Shown here: positions 9,512 through 18,432 of the stretch, piece after piece
Layout: the number at the start of each line of letters is the position of its first letter
How positions within the stretch are numbered: the first letter of the stretch is position 1
From: an uncultured Clostridia bacterium
Lineage (GTDB): Bacteria > Bacillota > Clostridia > TANB77 > CAG-508
Assembly: GCA_947594845.1 (NCBI GenBank)
Contig: CANQEI010000005.1
Span: 26,367 to 90,366 of the forward strand
DNA: 64,000 nucleotides
Direction: 5' to 3'
Notes under the pieces: generated by a model
Databases searched by the model: none
The model's input: only the letters and a program-made list of their open reading frames with translations
Told to the model about the DNA's origin: nothing
Program-made: the position numbers and the translations under genes

Positions 9512-11305
9512 ATGTTTGATATAGAAGCAGAAATAAAGAAATTGCCAGCAAAACCAGGAGTATATATAATGAGAAATAAAAATGATGAGATTATATATGT
9601 AGGCAAAGCAATTTCTTTAAAAAATAGAGTAACTCAATATTTCAGAAAAACTAATAAAACTCAAAGAATAATAAATATGGTTTCATTAATAGATCATTTT
9701 GAGTACATAGTTACAGATAATGAAGCAGAAGCACTTATACTAGAATGTAATCTAATAAAAGAAAATAGACCAAAGTTTAATGTTTTACTTAAAGATGACA
9801 AAACATATCCATATATAAGAATTGGAATGAAAGAAGAATATCCAAGTGTATTTATAACAAGACGAATTCAAAATGATGGAGCAAAATATTTTGGACCTTA
9901 TGCCAACCCAGGTGCAGCAAGAGAGATGCTTAATTTTATAAAAGAAAAATTTCAAATAAGACAATGCAAAAACTTTAAATCTAGCGATAGAGCTTGCTTA
10001 AATTATCATATAAAAAAATGCTTAGCCCCATGTATGAAATATGTTTCAAGAGAAGAATATATGGAGCAAATTAATCAAATAATAATGCTTTTAGAGGGAA
10101 AAACAAATAAGATTATAAAGCAACTAGAAGAAGAAATGAAAATAGCGTCAAAAAATTTAGAATTTGAAAAAGCAGCAAGAATAAGAGATAGAATGCAATC
10201 AATAGAAAGAATATCAGCAAAACAAAAAGTTTCTAATATATCTGAAAATAATATAGATGTAATTGGTATATATAAAAATGAAATATCTGTATGCATAGAA
10301 GTTTTTTATGTTCGTGGAAGTAAAATGATAGACAGAGAGCATTACTTTTTCGATGAATTAAAAGATATGGATGAAAGCGAAATATTATCAGGATTTTTAA
10401 AACAATTCTATATAAATAAAATTGAATTTCCAAACAAAATAATGCTACAAGAAGAAATTGAAGACAAGGACGTTATAGAAGAATGGCTAGGAAATAAAGC
10501 AGGAAGAAAAGTCGAAATAAAAACACCTCAAAAAGGTGAAAAACTAAGATTTGTTGAAATGGCAGAGAAAAATGCTAAAATAACATTAGAAAATAAATCA
10601 AAAGATAAATTCGAAATATTAAATGAATTAAAAGAAGTATTAAAATTAGATACATTACCGCACAAAATTGAAACTTTTGATATTTCAAACATTTCAGGAA
10701 CTAATATTGTTGCAGGAATGTGTGTAGCACAAGATGGAATTATAAAAAGAAACTTATCAAGAAGATTTAAAATAAAAAATGTATTTGGACAAGATGATCC
10801 AAAATGCACAGAAGAAGTTGTAACAAGAAGAATAAAACACTCAATAGAAAATCCAAAAGGTGGATTTGGAACACTTCCAAATTTAATATTAGCAGATGGT
10901 GGAATCACACAAATAAAAGCAATAAAAAGAGCTTTAAAAGTATACAATTTAGAAGAAAAAATTCCTGTATATGGAATGGTTAAAGATAATAAACACACTA
11001 CAAGAGCTTTAATAGATGAAAACAGAAAAGAATTTAAAATATCTGAAAATTTATTTTTCTTTATCACAAATCTTCAAAATGAAGTTCATAATACTGCAAT
11101 AGAATATCACAGAAAATTAAGAGAAAAAGAAATGGTAAAATCAGAATTAGATACAATAGAAGGAATAGGAAAAGTAAAAAGAGAAGCATTATTAAAACAT
11201 TTTGGAACAATAGAAAAAATTAAAGATGCATCAACAGAAGAATTGACACAAATAAAAGGAATAAACAAAGATTTAGCCGAAAAGATAAAACAAGTACTGA
11301 AATAA
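9512..11305 (+). CDS. uvrC: Excinuclease ABC subunit C
   Basis: GIY-YIG N-terminus (GVYIMRN...IIYVGKA), UVR domain (LEFEKAARIRD), C-terminal (HhH)2. Confidence 0.95.
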   Translation: MFDIEAEIKKLPAKPGVYIMRNKNDEIIYVGKAISLKNRVTQYFRKTNKTQRIINMVSLIDHFEYIVTDNEAEALILECNLIKENRPKFNVLLKDDKTYPYIRIGMKEEYPSVFITRRIQNDGAKYFGPYANPGAAREMLNFIKEKFQIRQCKNFKSSDRACLNYHIKKCLAPCMKYVSREEYMEQINQIIMLLEGKTNKIIKQLEEEMKIASKNLEFEKAARIRDRMQSIERISAKQKVSNISENNIDVIGIYKNEISVCIEVFYVRGSKMIDREHYFFDELKDMDESEILSGFLKQFYINKIEFPNKIMLQEEIEDKDVIEEWLGNKAGRKVEIKTPQKGEKLRFVEMAEKNAKITLENKSKDKFEILNELKEVLKLDTLPHKIETFDISNISGTNIVAGMCVAQDGIIKRNLSRRFKIKNVFGQDDPKCTEEVVTRRIKHSIENPKGGFGTLPNLILADGGITQIKAIKRALKVYNLEEKIPVYGMVKDNKHTTRALIDENRKEFKISENLFFFITNLQNEVHNTAIEYHRKLREKEMVKSELDTIEGIGKVKREALLKHFGTIEKIKDASTEELTQIKGINKDLAEKIKQVLK

Positions 11306-11317
11306 TAAAACTTAAAA

Positions 11318-11346
11318 TTGACAGGTTGACATAAAAATGTTATAAT
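11318..11346 (+). promoter_or_regulatory. Consensus sigma-A promoter
   Basis: TTGACA (11318-11323), 17 nt, TATAAT (11341-11346). Confidence 0.65.
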
Positions 11347-11396
11347 CGTTATATCAATTGTTGCGCATAAACCCAGCTAATGACGGAGGGAGGAAA

Positions 11397-11789
11397 ATGG
11401 ACAGGATAATAAGGTTAGTAAAGTTTATGATAACTGCGATGCTGATTGCGGTTATAACGGTCGTTGTGGCAAAAATTCCACTTATCTTTATTGATGTATA
11501 TAAGTATTGTACTATTGAAGATAAAGGATACATGTGGGTAATCAACATAATAAGTGCGGCAATTGTTGCTGTTGCTATAAGACTACTTACTAGGAAAAAA
11601 AGCGGGTCCGTAATTCTGGCGATATCGACATTCATATTATGTCTCCCAGCTGCAGAATTGACTATATGGCATCGGGAGTACATTTGGAGCGTGATTTCCA
11701 TCGAATTACCTAAAGAATCATGGATAGCATTTGGAGTAGGAATTATGTCGGCAGTGATTGCATATGTATTAGAACTTAAAGAAGAGTAA
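11397..11789 (+). CDS. Small four-TM membrane protein of unknown function, compositionally atypical
   Basis: RBS ggagggagg followed by ATG. About four hydrophobic helices. Uses GCG/CGG/GTC/TCG codons that are rare elsewhere in the window. Has its own promoter and terminator. Confidence 0.55.
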   Translation: MDRIIRLVKFMITAMLIAVITVVVAKIPLIFIDVYKYCTIEDKGYMWVINIISAAIVAVAIRLLTRKKSGSVILAISTFILCLPAAELTIWHREYIWSVISIELPKESWIAFGVGIMSAVIAYVLELKEE

Positions 11790-11811
11790 CTTTGCACACA
11801 ATTGATGTAAT

Positions 11812-11845
11812 AAGGGCCAACCTGTTAGGTGGTCCTTAGTTTTTT
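11812..11845 (+). terminator. Intrinsic terminator
   Basis: aagggccaacc / ggtggtcctt imperfect stem, then agtttttt. Confidence 0.5.
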
Positions 11846-11991
11846 ATAAATAATTGAAAATTATTACTAATAAAATCAATAATAGAAAAATTTTGTTGAA
11901 AAATAAAGAAGTGTTATGCTAAAATAAACAAAAATATAGTTATATTCTCTAACCATTTGAATAAATTAATATAAATGGAAGGAGAATACAT

Positions 11992-12099
11992 ATGACAAAA
12001 AATATTTTTATAAAGTGCACATTTATATTAACTTGTGTTTTTACAATAGTAAATGTTTTACTATTATACAGTTTTTACAAGGTAATGTGCATGCTATAA
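11992..12099 (+). CDS. Candidate 35-aa hydrophobic micropeptide (MTKNIFIKCTFILTCVFTIVNVLLLLYSFYKVMCML)
   Basis: Below the ORF-track length cutoff. RBS ggaaggag 7 nt upstream. Possible promoter TTGAAA-18-TGcTAAAAT at 11896-11925. Confidence 0.3.
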   Translation: MTKNIFIKCTFILTCVFTIVNVLLLYSFYKVMCML

Positions 12100-12117
12100 A
12101 TAAAAAGGAATGAGTAA

Positions 12118-12972
12118 ATGGAAATAATAGTTGGAAAATTATCTGGATTTTGCTTTGGTGTAAATAATGCTGTATCAGAAGCAGAAAAATTAGTAGAAGC
12201 AGAAAAAGAAATATATTGCTTAGGAGAACTAGTTCACAATAGACAAGTTATTGATAAACTAGAAAAAAAAGGATTAAAAATAATTGAAAATATAGAGCAG
12301 GCACCTAATAATTGCAAATTAATAATAAGAGCTCATGGGATTGCACCAGAAATATATGAAAGAGCAAAGGAAAAAAATATTGAAGTTTTTGATTATACAT
12401 GTCCGACAGTAAAAAAATTGCATAAAACAATAGATAAAGCTAAAAAAGATAATTATATATTTCTTATAGGAGAAAAAAATCACCCAGAAATAATTGGATC
12501 AAAAGGATTCGCAGGTAAAAATTGCTGTATAATTCAAGATGAAAGTGACATAAATAATGCAATTCAAGAATTTAAAAATAGCAAAATGGAAAAATTATAT
12601 ATAGCAGCACAAACTACTGCATCAGTATCAAAATTTAATGCATATGTTGAAACAATATTAGAAAAGCTACCAAATACTGAAATAGAAATAAATAAAAGTA
12701 TTTGTGATAGTACAAGGCTAAGACAAGAAGAGGTTTCTAAAATTTCTAAAAAAGTAGATTACATGGTAATAATAGGTGGAAAAAATAGTTCAAATACAAC
12801 AAAATTATACAACATAGCAAAGGAAAATTGCGAAAGTATACATATTCAAACAAAAGATGAATTAAACATAAATGAGATTAAGAAATATAACAAGATTGGA
12901 ATATCTGCAGGAGCTTCTACACCTAAAGAAAGCATAGAAGAAGTGGAAAAAATATTAAAAAGTATAAATTAA
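12118..12972 (+). CDS. ispH: 4-hydroxy-3-methylbut-2-enyl diphosphate reductase
   Basis: GFCFGVNNAV, HNRQV, RAHG, and conserved Cys residues at about positions 12, 95 and 196, as in the LytB/IspH family. Confidence 0.9.
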   Translation: MEIIVGKLSGFCFGVNNAVSEAEKLVEAEKEIYCLGELVHNRQVIDKLEKKGLKIIENIEQAPNNCKLIIRAHGIAPEIYERAKEKNIEVFDYTCPTVKKLHKTIDKAKKDNYIFLIGEKNHPEIIGSKGFAGKNCCIIQDESDINNAIQEFKNSKMEKLYIAAQTTASVSKFNAYVETILEKLPNTEIEINKSICDSTRLRQEEVSKISKKVDYMVIIGGKNSSNTTKLYNIAKENCESIHIQTKDELNINEIKKYNKIGISAGASTPKESIEEVEKILKSIN

Positions 12973-12978
12973 TATTAA

Positions 12979-13016
12979 AAAATGCCATGAGGATAATATA
13001 TTCCCATGGCATTTGC
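12979..13016 (+). terminator. Intrinsic terminator
   Basis: aaatgccatgagg...cccatggcattt stem. Confidence 0.65.
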
Positions 13017-13078
13017 AATTTAAAAAGGATTTATTTTATGATATAATACATATATTAAAATTTGGAAGGAAAATAATA

Positions 13079-13939
13079 ATGGAAATTAGTAAAGAGTGGA
13101 AAGATTATGAAATATTAGATATGGCAAATGGTGAAAAATTGGAAAGATGGGGACACATTACATTAATTAGACCAGATCCACAAATAATATGGAAAAATAA
13201 ATCATATCCAGATAAATGGAAAAATGCAAATGCCAAATACAATAGAAGCAATACTGGAGGAGGAGCTTGGAAATATAAGAATAAACTTCCAGAAAGTTGG
13301 CAAATAAAATATAAAAATTTAACATTTAATATAAAACCAATGGGATTTAAACATACAGGTTTATTTCCAGAACAAGCCATCAATTGGGATTGGATGATTT
13401 CAAAAATAAAAGAAAGCAAAAGAGAGATAAAAGTTTTGAATTTATTTGCATATACAGGAGGAGCGACAGTCGCATGCCTTAGTGCAGGAGCAGCAGTATG
13501 TCATGTAGATTCTTCAAAAGGAATGACAAGTTGGGCAAAAGAAAATGTTGAAAGTTCTGGATTAAAAGAAAAGCCTGTAAGATACATAGTTGATGATGTA
13601 ATAAAATTTGTACAAAGAGAAATAAGAAGAGAAAATAAATATGATGCAATAATAATGGATCCACCATCATATGGAAGAGGAAAAAACGGAGAAGTATGGC
13701 AATTTGAAAATAACATTGCAGAATTAATTGAATTATGCACACAAATTTTAAGTGATAATCCATTATTTTTCTTAATAAATTCATATACAACAGGAATATC
13801 ATCAAAAGTATTAGCAAATTTATTAGAATTAAATATGGGAAGATATAAAGGAAAAATAACATCAGGTGAAATTGGTCTACCAATGACAGGTTCAAAACTA
13901 GTTTTACCATGCGGAATATATGGAAGATGGGAAAAATAA
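13079..13939 (+). CDS. Class I SAM-dependent methyltransferase (RlmI/RlmK-like catalytic domain)
   Basis: VLNLFAYTGGATVA (motif I) and IIMDPPSYGRG (motif IV, DPPxY). The start is taken at MEISKEW; the track start at 13013 lies inside the upstream terminator. Confidence 0.7.
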   Translation: MEISKEWKDYEILDMANGEKLERWGHITLIRPDPQIIWKNKSYPDKWKNANAKYNRSNTGGGAWKYKNKLPESWQIKYKNLTFNIKPMGFKHTGLFPEQAINWDWMISKIKESKREIKVLNLFAYTGGATVACLSAGAAVCHVDSSKGMTSWAKENVESSGLKEKPVRYIVDDVIKFVQREIRRENKYDAIIMDPPSYGRGKNGEVWQFENNIAELIELCTQILSDNPLFFLINSYTTGISSKVLANLLELNMGRYKGKITSGEIGLPMTGSKLVLPCGIYGRWEK

Positions 13940-14617
13940 ATGAAAGAAGATTTAAAAGTATTATATGAAGATAACCACATAATTGTAGTAGAAAAGCCAG
14001 TTAATATACCTTCACAAGGAGATAAAACTGGTGATATAGATATGCTTACAATAATAAAACAATACTTAATAAAAAAATACAATAAACCAGGAGATGCATA
14101 TTTAGGATTAGTTCATAGATTGGATAGACCAACAGGCGGAGTAATGGTATTTGCCAAAACATCAAAAGCTGCTTCAAGACTAAGTGAACAAGTAAGAGAT
14201 AAAATTTTTGAAAAAGAATATTTAGTAATAGTAGATGGAAAAATGGAAAATGCTAAAGGAAGTTTTGAAGATTATCTTTTAAAAAATGAAAAAAATAATT
14301 TAAGCAAAGTTGTTGACTCTAAAAACAAAAATGCTAAAATAGCAAAATTAGATTATGAAGTTGTTAAATATAATGATGAAACAAACTTATCACTAGTAAA
14401 AGTGAAATTACATACAGGAAGACATCATCAAATAAGAGTACAATTTGCAAGTAGAAATCACAGCGTATATGGTGACCAAAAATATGGAACACGAGGAAGA
14501 GGAAAGCAATTATGCCTATGGGCATATAAGCTATCTTTCAATCATCCAATTAGCAAAGAGAAAATGACTTTTGAAACATATCCAGAAAAAACAGGAAGTT
14601 GGATAATATTAGATTAA
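13940..14617 (+). CDS. RluA-family pseudouridine synthase
   Basis: HRLDRPTGGVMVFAK catalytic motif and LHTGRHHQIR. Confidence 0.8.
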   Translation: MKEDLKVLYEDNHIIVVEKPVNIPSQGDKTGDIDMLTIIKQYLIKKYNKPGDAYLGLVHRLDRPTGGVMVFAKTSKAASRLSEQVRDKIFEKEYLVIVDGKMENAKGSFEDYLLKNEKNNLSKVVDSKNKNAKIAKLDYEVVKYNDETNLSLVKVKLHTGRHHQIRVQFASRNHSVYGDQKYGTRGRGKQLCLWAYKLSFNHPISKEKMTFETYPEKTGSWIILD

Positions 14618-14648
14618 AGAATTCGCAGAAAAAACTGCGAATTTTTTA
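14617..14648. terminator. Bidirectional intrinsic terminator
   Basis: gaattcgcag / ctgcgaatt stem with a flanking T-run, between convergent genes. Confidence 0.75.
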
Positions 14649-15461
14649 ATAATAAATTCTTAATTGATGTCTAAATAGATTATCACTTACAGAAGTATTT
14701 AAATAAAGATTATCATGTTTATCCAAAATCTTTTTTACTTTCCATAAACCAATACCACTGTTTTTAGGTTTAGTAGAAAAATTTTTATCAAAAATTTTAT
14801 TGGTATCAATGGATTTATCAGAAAAAGAATTCTCGATAATCATTAAATCACAAGAGTTACGAATATCTTTAGTAATAATAACATTAATAACTTTTTTAGA
14901 ACTTTTAGAAGCGGCTTCAATACTATTATCTAAGAAAATACCTAACATTCTTGTAAATTCATAAATATCAATATTTAAAGACGTCAAGTCTGTTAAAACC
15001 TCAATGTTAAAATCAATACCTAGCTCACGAGCTTTATAAAACTTATCAGTAACAATAGATAAAACAGGTGGACTATTAAAAACATCTTTATTAAGAGAAG
15101 AAAATTTATTTAAAATTTTACATTCACTGAAAACGCTAGAATAATATTTTTTTAATCCGTTTATATCATTAGTAAAAATATATCCGCCAATTGATTGCAT
15201 AATATTTGAAAAATCGTGTTTAAAACCTCGGACAGAATCGTAAGAAGTTAATAAAGATTCATATAATTTTTCTTCACATTCTATAGTTTTGTTAGCTTTA
15301 CGCAAAGCACGAGATTTTACAACTAGCAAAATAATTAATATACTAACCAAAATATCACAAAGGATTAATAGGGTAATTGTAAAATTTTTTGAAAGAAAGA
15401 TTAAAGAAATACTTACTCCGACAAGGTAAAAGAATTTAATTAAGATAAAAAATGGAATCAC
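14646..15461 (-). CDS. GHKL-type sensor histidine kinase, AgrC/ComD-like (HPK10), with a minimal two-TM sensor
   Basis: H-box RGFKHDFSN, N-box FLDNSIEA, G-box NSGIGLWKVKKIL. GTG start 9 nt after aggagg. Confidence 0.7.
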   Translation of the reverse strand: MIPFFILIKFFYLVGVSISLIFLSKNFTITLLILCDILVSILIILLVVKSRALRKANKTIECEEKLYESLLTSYDSVRGFKHDFSNIMQSIGGYIFTNDINGLKKYYSSVFSECKILNKFSSLNKDVFNSPPVLSIVTDKFYKARELGIDFNIEVLTDLTSLNIDIYEFTRMLGIFLDNSIEAASKSSKKVINVIITKDIRNSCDLMIIENSFSDKSIDTNKIFDKNFSTKPKNSGIGLWKVKKILDKHDNLYLNTSVSDNLFRHQLRIYY

Positions 15462-15667
15462 TGTGGAAGACCTCCTAAATTTAAAATACCAAAAAATGGC
15501 AACGTGCTTTTAAAATATAAATAAAAAATAAAATAATGTCAATAGAAAAATTGTAAAAAAATGTAAAATAAAACAAAAACATTTTTACAAAAATTTACAA
15601 AAAACGATTCTATTATATTAAAACTAAATAAGATGTCGAAAAAAGCATATAAATGACATTTTTTAAC

Positions 15668-15696
15668 TTGCATAAGAAGAGTAACTATGTTAAAAT
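15668..15696 (+). promoter_or_regulatory. Candidate promoter of the polysaccharide operon
   Basis: TTGCAT, 17 nt, TAAAAT. Confidence 0.4.
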
Positions 15697-15824
15697 AGGA
15701 ATGATTATGTATGAAAAAGAAGGTCGACAAACGTTGAAACATGCAAACATTGAAACTGTAAGAAACATAATAAAAAATAAACTTAAGGTTATACTCAAAT
15801 TTAACCTGATGGATTAAGCAAACT

Positions 15825-15870
15825 AGAGATATAATAAAAATGCAGATATATCTCTATATTTTACGTTTTT
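15825..15870 (+). promoter_or_regulatory. Leader hairpin plus T-rich tract (terminator-like) upstream of the capD-like gene
   Basis: agagatata (15825-15833) pairs with tatatctct (15847-15855), followed by atattttacgttttt. Confidence 0.4.
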
Positions 15871-15898
15871 ATGTAAAGTAAAAAAGAGGGAAGAGCAG

Positions 15899-17752
15899 AT
15901 GTCAATAATAAAAAGATATAGAAATACAATTTTAAGAATTATAGATATAGTAATAATTGTTACATCATACTATATTGCAGAAATATTAATAAATAATTCA
16001 TTTACAATATCATCAGAACTAAATTACACAATAATGAATACATTCATATTAGCTATAATAATATATACTCTTGTTTTAAACTTTTTCAAAACATATAAAA
16101 ATATAACAAGATATGAAAACGGAAAAGATTATCTTGTATATATATTGGCATGTTTTGCATCAATGCTGATAATTATAGGAATAAAAGTTTTAACTAATAT
16201 AGATATAGTAGATATAAGAACAAATATGATTGCAGCATTAATAATTGTAACATCAATTATTGGATATAGAGTTTTGCTAAGATTAATGTTAACTCGAGGC
16301 AAAAGAAATAGATTGAATGACAAAAATAAGAAAAATGTATTAATTATTGGTGCTGGTGAAGCTGCAAAAATACTTTTAGGATCATTAAAAACAAATATGA
16401 AAAATACTTACAATGTAGTAGGCTTAATCGATGACAACAAAAATAAAATAAATTATGCAATATCAGGAAATAAAATATTAGGAAACAGATATGATATACC
16501 TAGAATTTGTAAGGAAAGAAATGTAGAAATAATTTTATTTACAATAGCAAATTTGAAGAATGAATCAAGAAGAGATATATTAAAAATATGTCAAGAAACT
16601 GGATGCAAAGTAAGAATATTGCCAAACACAGAACAATTAATAAGAAGTAAAAGTCTAGAGAGCAATTTTAGAGATGTAGAAATAGATGATTTACTAGGAA
16701 GAGAAAGTATAGAACTAGATAATAAAAACATAGAAAAATTAATAAAAGACAAAGTAATACTAGTAACTGGTGGAGGAGGTTCAATAGGTTCTGAATTATG
16801 CAGACAAATAATAAAACATTCACCTAATAAACTAGTTATAGTAGACATTTATGAAAATAATTTATATGATATAGAACAAGAACTAAAAACAAATTATCCA
16901 GAAATAGAAATTGATGCAATTGTTGCAAGTGTTAGAGATAAGAAAAGACTAGATGAAATTTTTGAAAAATATAGACCTTATTTAGTTTTCCATGCAGCAG
17001 CACATAAGCATGTTCCACTAATGGAAACTAGTCCACTAGAAGCAATCAAAAATAATGTATTTGGAACATATAATGTAGTAAATTGTGCAGATGAATATCG
17101 AGTAAAAAGATTTATATTAATTTCATCAGATAAAGCAGTAAACCCAACAAATATTATGGGAGCAACAAAGCGTTTATGCGAAATGATAATTCAAGCAAAA
17201 GCAAAAAACAGCCAAACAGAATATGCAGCAGTTAGATTTGGAAATGTATTAGGAAGTAATGGCTCAGTTGTACCACTATTTAAGAAACAAATTGCAAATG
17301 GTGGTCCAATAACAGTAACTCATAAAGAAATAACAAGATTTTTCATGACAATACCAGAAGCAGTGTCATTAGTTTTACAAGCAATGACATATGCAAGATG
17401 TGGTGAAATATTTGTGCTAGACATGGGAGAACCTATCAAAATTTATGAAATGGCAGAAAACTTAATTAGATTATCAGGACTTGAACCTAATGTAGATATA
17501 CAAATAAAAGTGACAGGATTAAGACCTGGTGAGAAACTTTATGAAGAAATTTTAATGGCAGAAGAAGGCTTAACTCAAACAGAGCATGGCAAAATTCATG
17601 TTGCAAAACCATCAGAAATTAATATGGACATGATTGAAGAAAAATTAAAAGAATTAGATGGCTTATTAAAAAACTATAACAACGATCAAAAAGAAGAAAT
17701 TAAAAAGGTTATGAAAGAAGTAGTACCAACATATAAAGAAGCCAAAAATTAA
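15899..17752 (+). CDS. Membrane-bound polysaccharide biosynthesis protein CapD/PglF/WbpM-like (NDP-sugar 4,6-dehydratase)
   Basis: N-terminal TM helices, then two Rossmann folds (IIGAGEAA and VTGGGGSIGSEL) and a YxxxK-type region. Confidence 0.85.
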   Translation: MSIIKRYRNTILRIIDIVIIVTSYYIAEILINNSFTISSELNYTIMNTFILAIIIYTLVLNFFKTYKNITRYENGKDYLVYILACFASMLIIIGIKVLTNIDIVDIRTNMIAALIIVTSIIGYRVLLRLMLTRGKRNRLNDKNKKNVLIIGAGEAAKILLGSLKTNMKNTYNVVGLIDDNKNKINYAISGNKILGNRYDIPRICKERNVEIILFTIANLKNESRRDILKICQETGCKVRILPNTEQLIRSKSLESNFRDVEIDDLLGRESIELDNKNIEKLIKDKVILVTGGGGSIGSELCRQIIKHSPNKLVIVDIYENNLYDIEQELKTNYPEIEIDAIVASVRDKKRLDEIFEKYRPYLVFHAAAHKHVPLMETSPLEAIKNNVFGTYNVVNCADEYRVKRFILISSDKAVNPTNIMGATKRLCEMIIQAKAKNSQTEYAAVRFGNVLGSNGSVVPLFKKQIANGGPITVTHKEITRFFMTIPEAVSLVLQAMTYARCGEIFVLDMGEPIKIYEMAENLIRLSGLEPNVDIQIKVTGLRPGEKLYEEILMAEEGLTQTEHGKIHVAKPSEINMDMIEEKLKELDGLLKNYNNDQKEEIKKVMKEVVPTYKEAKN

Positions 17753-17760
17753 ATACAGGG

Positions 17761-18432
17761 ATGATAAAAGTGAAAAAGAAAAAAATATATTTATTCATAA
17801 AAAGAATAATGGATTTTTTATTAGCTATGTTAGGAATAATTATAGCATCACCAATTTTTATTATTGTCGCAATTGCAATAAAAATAAACTCAAAAGGACC
17901 AATAATATTTAAGCAAAAAAGATTAGGTAAAGATGGTAAAGAGTTTGAAATGTATAAGTTTAGATCCATGGTTGTTGGAGCAGAACAAATGGGCACAGGT
18001 GTATATTCAAAAAAAGGAGATAGTAGGGTAACTAGTGTAGGAAAATTTATAAGATTAACAAGCATAGACGAATTACCACAATTAGTAAATATACTAAAGG
18101 GAGAAATGAGTTTTATTGGACCAAGACCAGTATTAACATATCATCCTTGGAAATATGAAGAATACACAGAAGAACAGAAAAAAAGATTTAATGTTAGACC
18201 AGGTGTAACAGGATGGGCACAAATACATGGAAGAAAAGACGTGGAATGGAATAAAAGAATAGAATTAGATGTTGAATATGTTAATAATATAAGTTTTATT
18301 ACAGATCTAAAAATATTTTTCATTACAATTTTTAAAGTTATTTTGATGAAAGATAATGTTAATAAAGATGAAACATCAAAAAATAATGTAATAGATAATA
18401 AGAATAAACCGGAGGAGAAAATAAATGCTTAA
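17761..18432 (+). CDS. Undecaprenyl-phosphate sugar phosphotransferase (small PglC/WbaP-C-type initiating transferase)
   Basis: Re-entrant N-terminal helix, KGPIIFKQKRLGKDGKEFEMYKFRSM, DELPQL, GPRP. Confidence 0.85.
   Translation: MIKVKKKKIYLFIKRIMDFLLAMLGIIIASPIFIIVAIAIKINSKGPIIFKQKRLGKDGKEFEMYKFRSMVVGAEQMGTGVYSKKGDSRVTSVGKFIRLTSIDELPQLVNILKGEMSFIGPRPVLTYHPWKYEEYTEEQKKRFNVRPGVTGWAQIHGRKDVEWNKRIELDVEYVNNISFITDLKIFFITIFKVILMKDNVNKDETSKNNVIDNKNKPEEKINA

Noticed and set aside
10528-11067. 179-aa minus-strand ORF inside uvrC, and similar antisense ORFs (1251-1550, 13501-14082, 23804-24340, 35418-35885, 47591-47938, 48185-48574, 59346-59705)
   Set aside because: All are shadow ORFs opposite well-supported genes. 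They lack RBSs and have repetitive F/S/I/L-rich translations typical of antisense AT-rich coding DNA.
11354-11797. 147-aa minus-strand ORF
   Set aside because: It mirrors the + strand membrane-protein ORF, which has the promoter, RBS and terminator. It stays open only because the local GC is higher.
11350-11850. Idea that the GC-enriched patch is a structured RNA gene (RNase P RNA, tmRNA, 6S, SRP RNA)
   Set aside because: None of the conserved cores was found by eye (GAGGAAAGUCC for RNase P, the GGGG...tRNA-like CCA end for tmRNA, the SRP GGAA/AGCA motif). A clean four-TM reading frame with an RBS explains the region better.
13013-13078. Upstream extension of the methyltransferase ORF (MQFKKDLFYDIIHILKFGRKII-)
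   Set aside because: It begins inside the ispH terminator hairpin. The conserved protein starts at MEISKEW.
15539-15742. 67-aa minus-strand ORF in the kinase/capD intergenic region
   Set aside because: It has no RBS and an F/I/N-rich low-complexity translation, and it overlaps the candidate + strand promoter and leader.
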